The translations under genes were made by a program, and so were the position numbers. The notes beneath the pieces were generated by a model. That model did not search any database, was not told where the DNA came from, and worked only from the letters and a program-made list of their open reading frames with translations. Of a stretch of DNA of 64,000 nucleotides, positions 1-12,867 are shown piece by piece; position 1 is the first letter of the stretch; every line of letters starts with the position of its first letter. The stretch spans positions 1 to 64,000 of the forward strand of contig NKIB01012935.1 in assembly GCA_002256025.1 (NCBI GenBank), given 5' to 3'. This stretch comes from Asterionella formosa. Taxonomy: Eukaryota.

Positions 1-650
1 CTACAGCGATAACTCTAGCAAGTACAATATAGAAAAAGAAGGAAAGGATGAGTAGCTGACAACAATTGAATTCGTAAATTCGTTTTGAAACAGCTGCTGC
101 ATATTTTAACATTCAATGCATGTTGCCATATTGCTTCGAAATTGAGATTTGCCGCAATTGCATCCTTCTTTTTGGAGCAGCTACAAATACTCGAAAGAGC
201 GAAAACTCTAGCAAGTACAATATAGAAAAAGAAGGAAAGGATGAGTAGCTGACAACAATTGAATTCGTAAATTCGTTTTGAAACAGCTGCTGCATATTTT
301 AACATTCAATGCATGTTGCCATATTGCTTCGAAATTGAGATTTGCCGCAATTGCATCCTTCTTTTTGGAGCAGCTACAAATACTCGAAAGAGCGAAAACT
401 CTAGCAAGTACAATATAGAAAAAGAAGGAAAGGATGAGTAGCTGACAACAATTGAATTCGTAAATTCGTTTTGAAACAGCTGCTGCATATTTTAACATTC
501 AATGCATGTTGCCATATTGCTTCGAAATTGAGATTTGCCGCAATTGCATCCTTCTTTTTGGAGCAGCTACAAATACTCGAAAGAGCGATAACTCTAGCAA
601 GTACAATATAGAAAAGAAGGAAAGAATGAGTTGCTGTCAACAATTGAATT
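1..650. repeat. Tandem array, 193-bp unit, ~3.3 near-identical copies (may continue upstream of the window)
   Basis: Unit AACTCTAGCAAGTACAATATAGAAAAAGAAGG... recurs with a 193-bp period; identical spurious ORFs at 15/208 and 113/306. Confidence 0.95.
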
Positions 651-743
651 AGTAAATCAGTAATATTAGTAATAATTTTGGTTCCTAGTAGTTCATTTGC
701 CCTTTGACAATAGTCAATTCGTCAAAATTGAAATTCATTTTCA

Positions 744-1385
744 CTAAACTGGAGTGAAGTTCAATTGTCTTGCAACTTCTTTCATTGACCGTTTGAAATA
801 CTCATATTCACTCCTAGTTTCATTTGCCACCTTGATTCTTTCATCTGTCGTCTCCACTGATTCTTCGTCTAATTTGCTTTTCTTGAACCTGTAAAAGTCC
901 CTGTGCAACTTTGCGTAGATCTTCTTCTTAGCCACTTTGTATTTCCTCTCGCCCTTTGCTGCAACCTCCTCGAATTTTTTAATGTAGCTCTCGTCATTCA
1001 TCATCCCTTATTTAATTTCATTTCCAAAAAGGTCTGGGGGTGCAATGTTCTGATCAATACAAGCCTTATAAATTTCATTCTTTTTCTTCATCCGAAGCTC
1101 CACATACATCTTTTTCTTCATCTCTTGGAAGTACCAATCTGTGGCACCCTTGACTTGGTCTGGGGGAAAGTGAATAATCACGTTCAAACTCTTTGTACTC
1201 TTTGAACTCTTAGTACTACCAGTTGTTATCCTTGAAGTTCTTCCTGAAATAACTTGTGGAGTCAATCCACCGATGGAAGATGCCGGAGTTGTGCTTACTG
1301 GAAGAGAAATGGCCACTAGATCATTACGAACTCTAATGGCAGGCACACTGTTGTTCCCTGGCGTAACTTCAATGAAAATTTCCAT
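744..1385 (-). CDS. Hypothetical accessory ORF(s) of the Plavaka-type element (1008-1385 and 744-1004, same frame, separated by one stop)
   Basis: 125-aa and 86-aa Lys/Glu-rich ORFs in the same frame, directly downstream of the 1452-2681 pseudogene. Confidence 0.4.
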
Positions 1386-1451
1386 CAGTTAGTCAATATT
1401 TTCCATGAACATCAGTTCAACAATTCCACTTTGTTCACTTCCCCGAAGTGA

Positions 1452-2681
1452 CTAACCTTGTGGAACTCCAGCCAAAACAAGAAGATTGGACTTAAAGCTG
1501 ATCTCCAACTGCCTGCTCATGGCAGTTGTCCTTTGATGAACAACTATGTCATACAGGCTGTTGAACCTGGCATATCCCTTTGCGTCCCAGCCCCCATATC
1601 TCTTTCCCTGTCCTCCAGTACCGGTATAAACGTATTTTGGTGCAGGCGTATCATCTTCATGACCTTTCATCATTCCCTTATGCAACCAGACATCCCAACA
1701 ATTCTCCAAGGCCAACAATGAAAAAACCTAGTCAGAAACACTAACAATGTCACTGAGATGCTTCTTAGCACACTGTCGTTTCCAAGCCAGCTTCCGCCCA
1801 ACCCTGGAATAAAAGTACTCAACTAGATGGAAGAAAGGATGATTCTTGGCTCCTTCTCCATCACCTGTCTCCTGAATAGAAACATAACGGCTGTTGGAGA
1901 TGGTATGCTTATTCAGATGAATGTGCATACCATCACGAAAAAGTCCTGAAGTTTTGTAGATTGGAATGGAATGATTTGCAAGTAGTAAACAATGAGTATG
2001 TTAACCAAGTCAAGAACAAATCAGGCATACCACCAAGTCAAGTTGTTTACTTACTAGCAAAGGCATGTTTGAGAGTGGTAACAACGGCATTTCTTTTCTC
2101 AGACATCACTTTATTAATATCATTCTTATATGTCTGCCAAATTGACTCGAAGTCCTTATCAGTTCCCATGAATAGACTTGGGAAGTGAGCACGAAATGAG
2201 AGTGCCAGACTAGTTGGTCCCCTTTCATCAAGTTCAATATCACCTGTGATAAACTTGACTTTTGGGAAAAGTTCAAGTTTGACCCATTGACCAACATTTC
2301 GGGTCCAATGCTTGTCTCTTCCAATGCCATGGCCACCAGAAAGTTGAAGTCTTCCCGAAGATCTTCAATCTCCTTTCTACTTTTCTTCAACTCAGATTGA
2401 AGAAACTCTAAGGAAAGGTTTGTTTCAATTCCCTTGTGATCAGAAATAGTCGAAATGTTTTTCTTACCATCAGTTGATAAAATGAGACTTTCATCCTCGT
2501 CACTGAAGAGATCGCTGTTCTCTGCTCCAGGAATAGATACTCCATTGTCGCTTTCACTGTCGGATGCAGAGGAAGCCTCAGCCTGAGACAGCTCCTGAAT
2601 ATGTTTTGACATGATATCCGAAATAGCTTGCCAGAGATTTATAGGAATTGGATCTCGAACAATCACTGATTGATCACCCAT
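1452..2681 (-). pseudogene. Uncharacterised transposon-associated protein with SD(E)xFxLLALENxW...KY...GW...G..RFN.L motif, disrupted
   Basis: ORFs 1728-1928 and 1452-1718 are in frame across a TAG (VSD*VFSLLALENCWDVW...GGWDAKGYARFNSLYDIV). Upstream ORF 2106-2681 is acidic/coiled-coil and probably joins by a frameshift. Confidence 0.55.
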
Positions 2682-3172
2682 TTATTCGCAAAAGTGGACA
2701 TTTTCCCTTTGCAAATGGCCATTGTTGCTGTTCTACCGGTCTACCGGTAGTCTGCTACACTAATAATAATCAAGCATCATCACCTTCAAAATTCAACAGT
2801 TACTGAATGGCGCGGCAGTAAAAGTACTTGCTACTGGTAGCTACTAGCAGCGATTCAGGGAAATTATACGCACAAACAAGGACCAGGTATTGTATACAGT
2901 ACATCCGAGTATTCGTGCGTCTTGTACTATTTATCTAGTAGGTACTAGATGCAGGTGCTAGGATTCAGACACAAAAATATTGCAACTAGCTACTACTGGC
3001 TTCCTGCCTGTTTGCCGGAACAGAAAAACTGCCAGCCAGCATCCTCACGTGACTCTATATTTCTCTAATAATTGCACTTTTTCGCAACAATTGCGTTACT
3101 CTCCTCTTCTCTCTTTCCTTTCTCCCTTCGAGACTTCTTTCTCGCTCAAGAACAGACCAGCCAAGCTGTGCG

Positions 3173-3976
3173 ATGGTTTCTGTCCTTTCGAGGATCACAG
3201 GGCTCAGTATGGTGATGATGATACTATGTATCCTCATTACCACATCAAGACGAATTTCAGTGTTCCTTTCACTACTGACCAGTTTAAGAGTACTTCTTGC
3301 GACAGTATGGACAAGTTACTTGAGATTGGCATGTTCAAGGATTTCCAGAGAGATCCTGAATTGTCCATGAAGAAACTCTATCTTCGATTGATCAACCATG
3401 AAGAAACTCTATCTTCGATTGATCAACGCGAATGAGCATGAGTCCTTTCTCCCTCAACGCTATTGGTTGGTCCCATTCAGTCCTGAGTCTATGAGTCTGA
3501 TCCGCGAGGGATACAGGACTCATGTGGATTATCCACTACTCTATTTTCTTGCTTTTTTCACTCATGTGAGCAAAAGTCTCGAGGCTTTAGGAAGATTGTA
3601 CATTGGTCGCATCAATGTACGTGACCCTAATGCTGATGATAGGCAGTACAAGTGGAAAGTTAGGATCACCCAAATTCCCCTTGACACCTTTGCCACCTCT
3701 AAAATCCCTTTGGAGATCAAAGAGATTATGACTTTCTTGTCCAAATCTTTTGGTAACAATTGGAATTCCGTTGTTACCAACCAAGCTTTATACGCAAATC
3801 AGCTCCAGAAGAAGCTTCATGGCAACTTCGTCATTACCATTGAAGAGAGGGAGAACTTGGAGAAGAAGTTCAAGCCCGTAGCTATGGTTGTTGTGGAGCA
3901 AAAAGAGTTTCCAACTCCTATTGCTTGTATTCACTATCTGGTGACAAGTAATCATAACTCACGGACCCAATCCTAA
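3173..3976 (+). pseudogene. Hypothetical accessory gene of the element, frameshifted by a 31-bp tandem duplication
   Basis: ORFs 2980-3435 and 3398-3976 become one frame if one copy of CCATGAAGAAACTCTATCTTCGATTGATCAA (3365-3395/3396-3426) is removed; start uncertain. Confidence 0.5.
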
Positions 3977-6469
3977 TTCAATAACACCGTAGATCTGGCC
4001 AAGCACAATTGTCTCAACTGCTGTTTCTTCATCTAACTAAGCAAACTTTGCCCAATCATACCAGAAATGACCACCACGGTAGCTTGGATGGGCATGAAAT
4101 ATTACGTTGTCACTACGAGTGTGGTCGGCCGCACATCACTTCAATTTCCATTGACAAAATGAAAGGAAGGAGTTGGGAGCTTAGAACTCGCACCAGATCT
4201 CGGTCAACCCCAGTTTTGCAGATGCTACTTGATGATGATGAAACCCTGGCAATCTCAAATTCACCATTTCCATCTTCTTCAATCAGAAGAGAATATCGAG
4301 TACCTCCTGTTTTGGATTTCACAATTCCAACGCCAGCTGGGACAGCTTCCAACTTGTATTGTAAATCTTCAATATCTTCGCCAAGAAGCTGACTACAAGC
4401 GGTTCCTATCACCATGTTCTCCACCATTCTCGCCCCACTTTGAATGTCCATCACGACAGCTTTCCGTTTCTGGGAAGTCCTGGCTGGTAATTTACACAAG
4501 AATTTAAGATTCTTTTCCATTGGGCCTCCATTAAAAACCTGTGGACTTCCGAAACGATAAATGTTTCTTACAGTATGAATCTGTTGATGAAACTTCGCAA
4601 GCTTCATTCCCTGAGAAGTTGTTGTTCTCGGGCATTCTTTTACCAGCTTAGTAAAATAGTTGACAACGCTTTGGTGTTCCTGTGGTAAATTTCCCACATC
4701 ATAGGTCTCTTTACTAAACCAGGAATTGTAGCAGAGCATCCCTTCGAATAGGCCTTGAAAGTTTCGAATTTCTTGATTGGTCATACCACTTTCTTCTCAG
4801 CAGATTTTGATTCCAGCATCACATGCCATTACATCACAGGCAATAAGCATCACTCCGATTCTTTCGTTGGCAGTTATTTTCGTTTTGCAACCATGAAAGC
4901 CGAAATTGAAGGAACAACGAGGAAAGTCTCGGTCACTCTGGTGAAGGAAGAGTTTAGATATTTTGTTGAACAACTGGTCAAACAGTTTTCGAATGGAATT
5001 ACCCTTCACTGTTTTGGGGCACCCGATCATATAAGAATATAGCTCCATGAGGTGATCCATTATTACTTCTTGAATGGAATGGAGTTTTTCAGGAGGAAAG
5101 TGCCCATTAACACCAAGAGGATCGCCACCAAAACACAACTGATACCAAAAGGGATAGATGAATCTTTGGCTCACATTATCCAATAAATCTTTTATGCCCC
5201 GGATTAATAGTTCCTCGTAATCAATCTGACCTACAGGACTGCATTCATGAGATGGATTGTCCGTTGAATCAAGCGGACAATCAAATTCACGACACATTCT
5301 GGCAGTCTTTAGATATGTTTTCTTTCGTCCGCATTGTCCATCTAAACCTTCAGCATCACCAAGAATTAGACCAACCGGAACTTTCACATTTAGTGTAAAT
5401 TGATTGCCTCCGAAATTGAAAATGTGTTTGAATCCACCAGCTTGTTGGACATTCTTGACCCCCTCAAGAATCACACCAAGGACAGCGTGATAATCGGATT
5501 CCTTTTGATCAGGGGTTAGGGACTGGATTTCAGATAGACTTGATGAGGTCAGCTTTAGGATCAATCCGATTGGCCGCCATGCATTGACCTTATTTCTCAC
5601 ATTGGTGGTAAATATACCAAGTGACATTAGGACAGGCTCCATTGTATACTTTCCTTTTTCAACCGTGTGTGTCTTGTCAATAAAGAACATGAGTGGCACA
5701 AGGATCTGACACTGGTGGCTGGACTGTGGTGCTTTACACAGATTGACGAAATCAAATGACACATTTTGTGGTGACATAAGTGTGTCATTTGTCAAGAGAT
5801 TCTTAACCTGAGCCATGAAATCAAAACATACAACATCCATCAGCTTTCCATCATGCAATATGGCCTGTTTCACCTGGGGAGTTAAATCATTCATGTTAAA
5901 TCGGTTTTGAAATTCTTTCAGAACAGTGGTCCTCCTGGGAGGAGAAGATTCAAAAATGAATCCAGCTTCCTGAGCTGTGCTGCAGAAACTCATGATTTGA
6001 TCATACATATAAAGAGGAGAACGGGTGCCGAGCAAAAGACTAAACAGTCGAGACTTCATAACATCGCCAACTGAGAATGGTATACCAGGATCGGCGGAGG
6101 AAAACCTAATCCCTGTGGTGCTCAGGACTGGAATAGTATTGGTTTCATCCTGTACCACTATTTCGCTTGTATTTTCTTCATCTTCTTTTTGATCAATGTC
6201 GTATGTATTGGTATGATCGCCAAAATGTAGTGTTTGAACATGACAAAATTTGGCCCTTTTCTTTAATGACAACGAAAAGTCATCAGCAGGTGCCGTGATG
6301 GTGGAGATTGATGAAATCCATCATATTCTTCCTGACCGTCATCTGGACCAGTTGCTGGTTTACGAAACAACTCAGCAGCTGTTTCGCATTTGGGGCTATG
6401 TGCGTAATGACGGTTAAGGGAAACAAACGGACCCTTACCACATATCAAACAGCAATCGTCGTCGTTCAT
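3960..6469 (-). pseudogene. Plavaka-family transposase, nearly intact
   Basis: N-terminal Zn finger CLICGKGPFVSLNRHYAHSPKC (frameshifted). Core motifs PLMFFIDKTH, EPVLMSLG, YHAVLGVIL, ILGDAEGLDGQCG, EKLHSIQE, HQSDRDFPR. In-frame TGA at 4797-4799. Then LAKFHQQIH...FGSPQVFNGGPMEKNLK. A frameshifted C-terminus reads FHAHPSYRGGHFWYDWA. Confidence 0.8.
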
Positions 6470-7351
6470 GGTGATAAAACACGATTAAATAGCGATTATG
6501 TACCGATATTTGTTTCATAGAAAGAGACAACGGCCGATATAGATATTTGATCCATCATTTGTAAAACCACAAAATAAAATATCTCATTCAATTCGATTTA
6601 ACACAGCTATACATTCCATGCTACTTTCACTAAGGCCAGCCACTTGCTAGAGATATGACTGTTTACTATTTGAAGTATCTCGGAAATACCTCTCATTTTC
6701 GACTGACTACAACGGTATTCGATGAACACTAATATAGTACCGGTATGCGACTCCTTTTTCTATAGAACTCCGGGTGCCAGTATATATAAAACATATCTAC
6801 CAACGTTTCTTTTGATTTGATTTGTTAACCAAATTTTATTTGATAAAATAATCATTGTAGACAAATTGTAGCCTTTCCGAAAAGAAATAGCTTTGGTTGC
6901 AGCTCTTTTTTTCTACTCAGGCCGACTACAGTGACATGATGATCAGATGAACACGAATACATGCAACAGCTATTTCTGTGTAACAAAATTCGCATATTCG
7001 ATAGATTTGCTACAGCTAGATATTTTCCCTGTTGGAGTCTTCATTGTAGCGGTAGTTTTGCTTATAGACGCTTCGAAATGGTGGGAAAAGTAGTTGAGTT
7101 AATTCAGACATCCTATGTAGTGCAATCTAGCGGCATTACTGGTACTAACATTTTGCAAATCACAACGTTGAAAATCGTGACGATTCACCATGTTCGTCAG
7201 ATTATGTAGAATGTACACATGGCTAGTACAAAGCAAAGGTATAGGAGGAGGACCGTCCGTGCCAGGTTTCTTTTAATGGAAAACAGCTACTGGCTAGAAC
7301 GTGGTGAAGGAACACATTATAACTTTCGTGGTAAAATGCATTATGCATTGT

Positions 7352-7455
7352 GGTTATTGTTATTGTTATTGTTATTGTTGTCGTTGTCGTTGTCATTGTC
7401 ATTGTCATTGTCATTGTCATTGTCGTTGTCGTTGTCGCTATCGCTATCGCTGTTG
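7352..7455. repeat. Compound hexamer microsatellite (TTATTG/TCGTTG/TCATTG/CTATCG)
   Basis: Directly visible; reads as D/N repeats on the minus strand within a decayed ORF region (~7300-8650) that has three LSVxKExxxQSKFM-like repeats. Confidence 0.9.
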
Positions 7456-9328
7456 TTTCTGCTGTTATCCTTTTGGATCTTATTGTTGGAAACTAGGAGC
7501 TAGCTCATGGTGCATCGTGGTTACTGTGACTGTATGTCTACCCTTCTCTTGCTTGTTCTTTGCCCTCCGTTTGAACTGAATATGAATTGTTTGTTAAGAA
7601 ATGGAAAAAGGTCTTATGTGAGTTTAAACAGCTATCATCTTACTCTGTGAGTCATGTTCTTCTCTTCCAGAAAAGCAACGAGGACTCAGTTGCGGGCCGG
7701 TTCTGGAAGAAACAGACAGGCAATTGTTTTGTTATTCCTCGTCAGTAGTACAGAAAGGATGCATCTGAAAGTTCGAGAAATATTTGGTAAGCAGTTAATA
7801 TTTTGGAAAATGGAGACAGGTTGTGTGTTACATTGTTGTTGTTGTTCCTCTCGTTGCTCTGCATCATCGTGTTCTTCGACTGTGTTCGGAACTATGTTTG
7901 ATTGTTGTTGTAGTTCCTCTACCTCCATTTCGTTTTTCCTCTTGCTTGTTCCGTTTGTATTTGGAACAGTGGTCAGTCATGAACTTACTCTGTGAACCTT
8001 GTTCTTTTCCTACGGACAATCAAACTGTTTTTGGCAGGGCAGGGTTGAACCTTGGGAAGAATGAAATGTGTTGTACTCTGTATCAGGCAGGCTATCAATA
8101 ATTTGTTTTTCGCATTGTCGAAACGATTCCTCTGGTGCGAAGGGGACAATAATATACATGGTAAGCAAGTGCAATGTTTTCTTGCCTTTTGTTGCTTGAT
8201 ACTGTTTGCTGTTGCTTGTTGTGGGCGGATCTCCTCTCCTGTTCTCCTTCGTCTTTGTTCGGAATTGTTAGCGCATGAATTGCTCTTTGTAATGAATTAT
8301 AAAAAGGGCTTGATTGTGTGCTTGTTACTTGCTTGTTGATCATGAACTTACTCTGCAAACGCTGTTCTTTGTCTACAGACAATCTATCTGCTGAGCGAGA
8401 GATTTGTTGGGAATCAGGCTGCGGCATGGTAGCTAAGCACAACGAAAATGATGCCTTTGTAATGATTGTTTGTTCATGAAATTAGCCACTCTGCGATTGT
8501 TGTTCACTGATCGCAGACAATCATATGATCAGGGCTGGGTTGGCCATTGGGGAACCACAGCAGAACCGAAATCATGGCTTCGTAACTTTTTTCTCATCAA
8601 CTCACTCTGCAAATGTTTCCCTCTTTCTACAAAAGACAATCAATCCGAGCAATGAGAATGAACAGCCGGCTCATTTGCTATGAATTGATCTACCAGTAGT
8701 AGTAACATGGATTCCTGCAAGTACTATGAGTAGCCAAGCAATCTTGCGACTAGTTACAGCATCCAGCTGCAAGAATGAACATCCATTGCTTGTCGTATTG
8801 GTTTGAGAATCACGTTCTATAGAAAGTGTAAATATAAACTATATAGCGACGAAGCGATTAATTTGATTGATTTTGCGATTGTAGCTAGAATTTAATTTAA
8901 ACGTTGATTGCTTCAACATAATTATTTGTTTGACTAGCATATATGTTTGTTTAACCTTGAGGTATTAATGTGATCAAAGTAAAGATAAAATGGGAGCAAA
9001 CTAACAGAATTAATGGTAGTCAGAGTGAAGAATATTTGTGAACGGAAATGGTGCGAATTGTAGAGAAAAGTACCGTATTAGAGAGATTATGACTGAACAA
9101 ATTTTTCTTCGTGTCGCAAGAAAATATTGTCAGTTGGCCCCAAAAATTATGTGGGTTTCTAAAATTATTATGGAAGTTGTCGAAACTATTTTAGTTCACT
9201 CCGTCCATATATATTGTATGATGCATCATATTTTATTGTGATGTCATACCCTTAAATTATGTACGTAGCTAAATTTGTCATATTGGGCCACCCAAATAAT
9301 TAATTTGGGTGATCATATTTGACTAGCG

Positions 9329-11765
9329 TTTTTTTTGTGGCGGCTGTACCAGTAATCGGCATTGTAGATGGAGGAGATTATGGGACAATACTACCGAAAC
9401 TCCTACTGAAGAACTCCCACGCATGTGTTTCGTCCCTACATTGGAAGACGAGCGGTACAAAGACCAATACTGCGCGTCAAGCAACGGAATGGAGCGCTGG
9501 CTCGCGGACACTGGGGCTACCATGCACATCACTATGACTGACGAAAACATGACAAACGTCGAAAATGTCAATGTCTTGGTCATTGTTGGTGATGGCAAAG
9601 AGGTGATATTCTAATTACCATCAAAACGTGCTCCATGTTATTACGCAAGGTACTCTACACTCCACACTTCCACAAGAACATCGTAAGCATCGGGCAATTT
9701 GTTAAGAACAGATGGTGTGAGGCACCACGCATGAAAGGGTCCGAGTTGAATCTACATAAGGAAGGGTACAACAACGAACTTTCCTTTCCTTGTGAGGATC
9801 AATACAACGACGACCTTTCCTTTTCTTGTGAGGATCAAGGCGTCCTTTACTACCTTAAGGGAAAACATATCCTACTAATCCGAAACGGTCTTGTCTACCC
9901 ATGACATGACAATATACCCTACACCCGATCCTAATCCAACGATTACCAAGACAGTGATGCAACTTCCTATGCCAAAGACTACCAAGAAACCAACGCAAAT
10001 GGACATCAGCGAGGCCCATGACAAATACAGCCACATCAGCAAGGCATCCCTTCTTCGCGCAACGCTAAAGTCCCTTGGAATTGAACCTACTGGCAAGATT
10101 CAGTCATGTGAAGCCTGCACACTAGCTAAGGCAAAGGCCATTACACTTTTTGCTTAAAATTGTCCGAAAATGCATAATGAGTTAGTCGGGGGAACTCGGG
10201 ATTTTGACTAAATTTGTAGCAAATCAATATTAATTTCTATCAATGATAGAACCTTTTCCTAACTAAATCTTCAATGACTCTTTTTACTTAGTGTATTGAA
10301 CATCGAAAAATAATAATAAATTTGTACAATTGTACATTTTTGTCAAGAAATCGGTTGCATAATGTATCAGATGTACTTGCGTTTTCGACATGGAACACAT
10401 CATACTACATACAACAAACCTTGTACATTCTGTATATAGAGCGTTACATATTATGTATGCTTGGCATACTTACTACTGGGTACTACCAGTACTTGCATGT
10501 GTGTTTGTACAGCTGCCTGTGGTATGGGGTTGATGAGACAGCAACTCCATCTTGAGCATGACGAAATTATGGATTTGAATATCTTGACGAGTATTGACAG
10601 CGAACAATTTCTTTTTCGCACGAGTATGTAGACTAACATAGACCAGAATATTGTTCAATAAAAACTTTCTGCAATAGTATTGACAACAAAAAGTTGAAAT
10701 CGGTGCTGGAAGTTGTTTTTGGTCGACATTTGCTCAGTTTTGAAGATATGACCAAAAACGAAACATTGTTAAGTCCGCGGTGATTAGCTTGATAACTTTG
10801 ACTAGATAAGGTTTGCTATGTTTTGTAGAAATGGATGAGAAAACTTGAGCGACCACAGTATTCTCGGAGAGGGTACAACATTTTTCAAGATGCAACAAAT
10901 TCAATTACATCAATTTTATAGTGATTTTCATATACACATTAATTGTCATGGTCTATATTTATATGGAATCTTGATAAGGTCATTTGACACTTTACTATAG
11001 ACATACTTTTAGCCATTCAACAATTCACTGCTTTTTTTATGCGAATACAAACTTCACATTGCAGAAATGGTCACGAACTCCCCTGAGTGACAGTTTATGC
11101 ATTTTCGGACACTTTTATGCAAAAATTGTATTCTTTCTAGTACGCTTCCTACGCTGCGACAACGCCGGTGAAAACATGACCAGTCTAGGTATCATCTGCC
11201 CCACGCAGGGTATTCAGATTCAGTATACTCCCCCCCCCACATACTCCTCAACAGAACGGAGTAGTGGAACGAAAATTTGTGACAAAACTAGACCAAGCAT
11301 ACGCCTCCATGTTCAGCGCAAAACTGTCAGACGAATGAATACCACGGGCTACTGCCTGTGGGCCTAGAGTGTCCACATGCACATGCAACTAACAATCTCC
11401 ATCGCTAACTCGAATACGGAAAAATTCCCCAACTGGCTTTTCTACGGTTTCCAATCTTAAATTTATCCTCACCTGATTCAGTTTGGAAGGGTGGTGGGGT
11501 GGGCCACAATTCGGACGCCAAGGCAGAAATTAACCCCTAAGAGTATCAAATGTGTCATGCTTGGCTACAGTCATGACTCCACCTTAAATGGGTCGACTGG
11601 CATGGAATGCCAACAAACCGACAGCGGACATCATGGAAAAATTCACCACAGACAGATCCGGTATAGATGAGAAATTCGACACTAGAGAAGATATTGCCAA
11701 TGACTCAAGTACAGATTCCGAATTATCTCCTTCCCAATTGTCTGTATTTACATCTCCAGTTCCTG
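9329..11765 (+). mobile_element. Ty1/copia LTR retrotransposon pol remnant (protease, GAG-pre-integrase, integrase), interrupted by a MITE
   Basis: WLADTGATMHIT protease motif; AHDKYSHIS...SCEACTLAKAK zinc-binding motif; VRFLRCDNAGEN and (H)TPQQNGVVERKF integrase motifs; multiple stops and frameshifts. Confidence 0.85.
10144..11128. mobile_element. Non-autonomous TIR element (MITE), ~985 bp, TA-flanked (Tc1/mariner-like)
   Basis: Left TA|CACTTTTTGCTTAAAATTGTCCGAAAATGCATAA matches reverse complement of right end TA|CAATTTTTGCATAAAAGTGTCCGAAAATGCATAA; interrupts the copia integrase. Confidence 0.8.
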
Positions 11766-11789
11766 GCTGCTGATATTATATTGGATGAC

Positions 11790-12844
11790 GATTCTGAAAG
11801 ATCCCACCAGGTTATTAAGAAACAGGGACGACCTCCCAGGAATCAGAGAAAAAAAAATGCTGCAACTGCTCCCAAATATGCTAAGAAGCATTGCACATAC
11901 TATTGAGTAATTAGTGTCTTCTTCGATGAGAAACATCGGCAAGATGTTTTGTGTCTTGGGAATAGACCGACTACTATGTGTGAATTGGATGCAAGAAAAT
12001 TTCTCCATAAAGCAGTTTGGGACAAGTTATTGGATGCCTACATGGACATAGACGATGATACAGCTGGATCCAGGGCATTCAAACACACCCAGTTTGAATA
12101 CCCCGAAATTGATGATAACTATCCCCTCGCTTTTGAGACGTTGGTTAGCAAACAATTTTCAGAGGTTATGGAATTTCTAAATGCGCATTACAAGATCTGT
12201 TTCAATAATAACAAAGCTTCTGGTCGACACAATAACTTTGACAATTTCACCCAAAACCGGCCTTATTGTTTGTACTATCATTTATGGCTTCAACAGGTGC
12301 CACATTTCCGTGCCTATGCAGTACCAAGTTCAAGTGATGGTGTTACTATGGACAGCCTTATTCACATTCCCGCAGAGGATGATGTTGCCAAGCTACCTGT
12401 TCAACAAAGAAAAAGGTAGAAAATATGGCAGCAATAAGTTTGAAAACACATCAAAACAAGTGATCGATGCGCTTATGGAACTTTCAAAAGCAAATGAGCG
12501 CTGTACACAAATGACACTTGCCTCTCAAAGTTCCAATGCAGAATTTTCTCGAGCAACTTTTCTTGTAAAACGAGAGAAGGAACTAATTGATGTTGTAAGT
12601 ATGTACCGCGAAAAATTAAAGGAAGCTCGAACTGAAGTAGCAAGGAATGATGTGTCACAAAAATGTGATGGTAAAGAGTATCAAGAGAATGTCAGTTTTG
12701 TTGAATTTTTTTGAAGCCAAACTTTTTGAAGCAATGGATGCACTGAACAAGAATTCTGCAGCTCTAAACAAACAGCTGAAAAAAATGAATCTAGTAATAA
12801 TTAGTTTAACAATTTTTTTCTACTTAGTTCTTGTTATTACCTAA
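11790..12844 (+). pseudogene. Companion (second) ORF of PIF/Harbinger element, frameshifted
   Basis: Overlapping ORFs 11949-12419, 12181-12714 and 12647-12844 (coiled-coil C-terminus) converge tail-to-tail on the Harbinger transposase, the usual two-ORF layout. Confidence 0.5.
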
Positions 12845-12867
12845 TTCCTTCCAGTTGCAGTTGTGTG

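Larger units (their letters stand above)
1..9328 (-). mobile_element. Large Plavaka-type (CMC-related) DNA transposon, left end not seen in window
   Basis: Contains a Plavaka transposase pseudogene, several accessory ORFs and a tandem array. An AT-rich ATCATA-containing tract ends at ...GACTAGCG (9328), where copia-like coding sequence begins. The boundary is inferred. Confidence 0.55.

Noticed and set aside
15..643. Repeated 96-aa and 60-aa ORFs
   Set aside because: By-products of the 193-bp tandem repeat; no protein-like features
4797..4799. In-frame TGA as selenocysteine or programmed readthrough
   Set aside because: The gene has other frameshifts, and CGA>TGA decay fits the CpG mutation pattern seen in other TEs
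7219..7579. Leu/Ser-, Met/Thr- and Cys/His-repeat ORFs
   Set aside because: Alternative readings of a hexamer microsatellite
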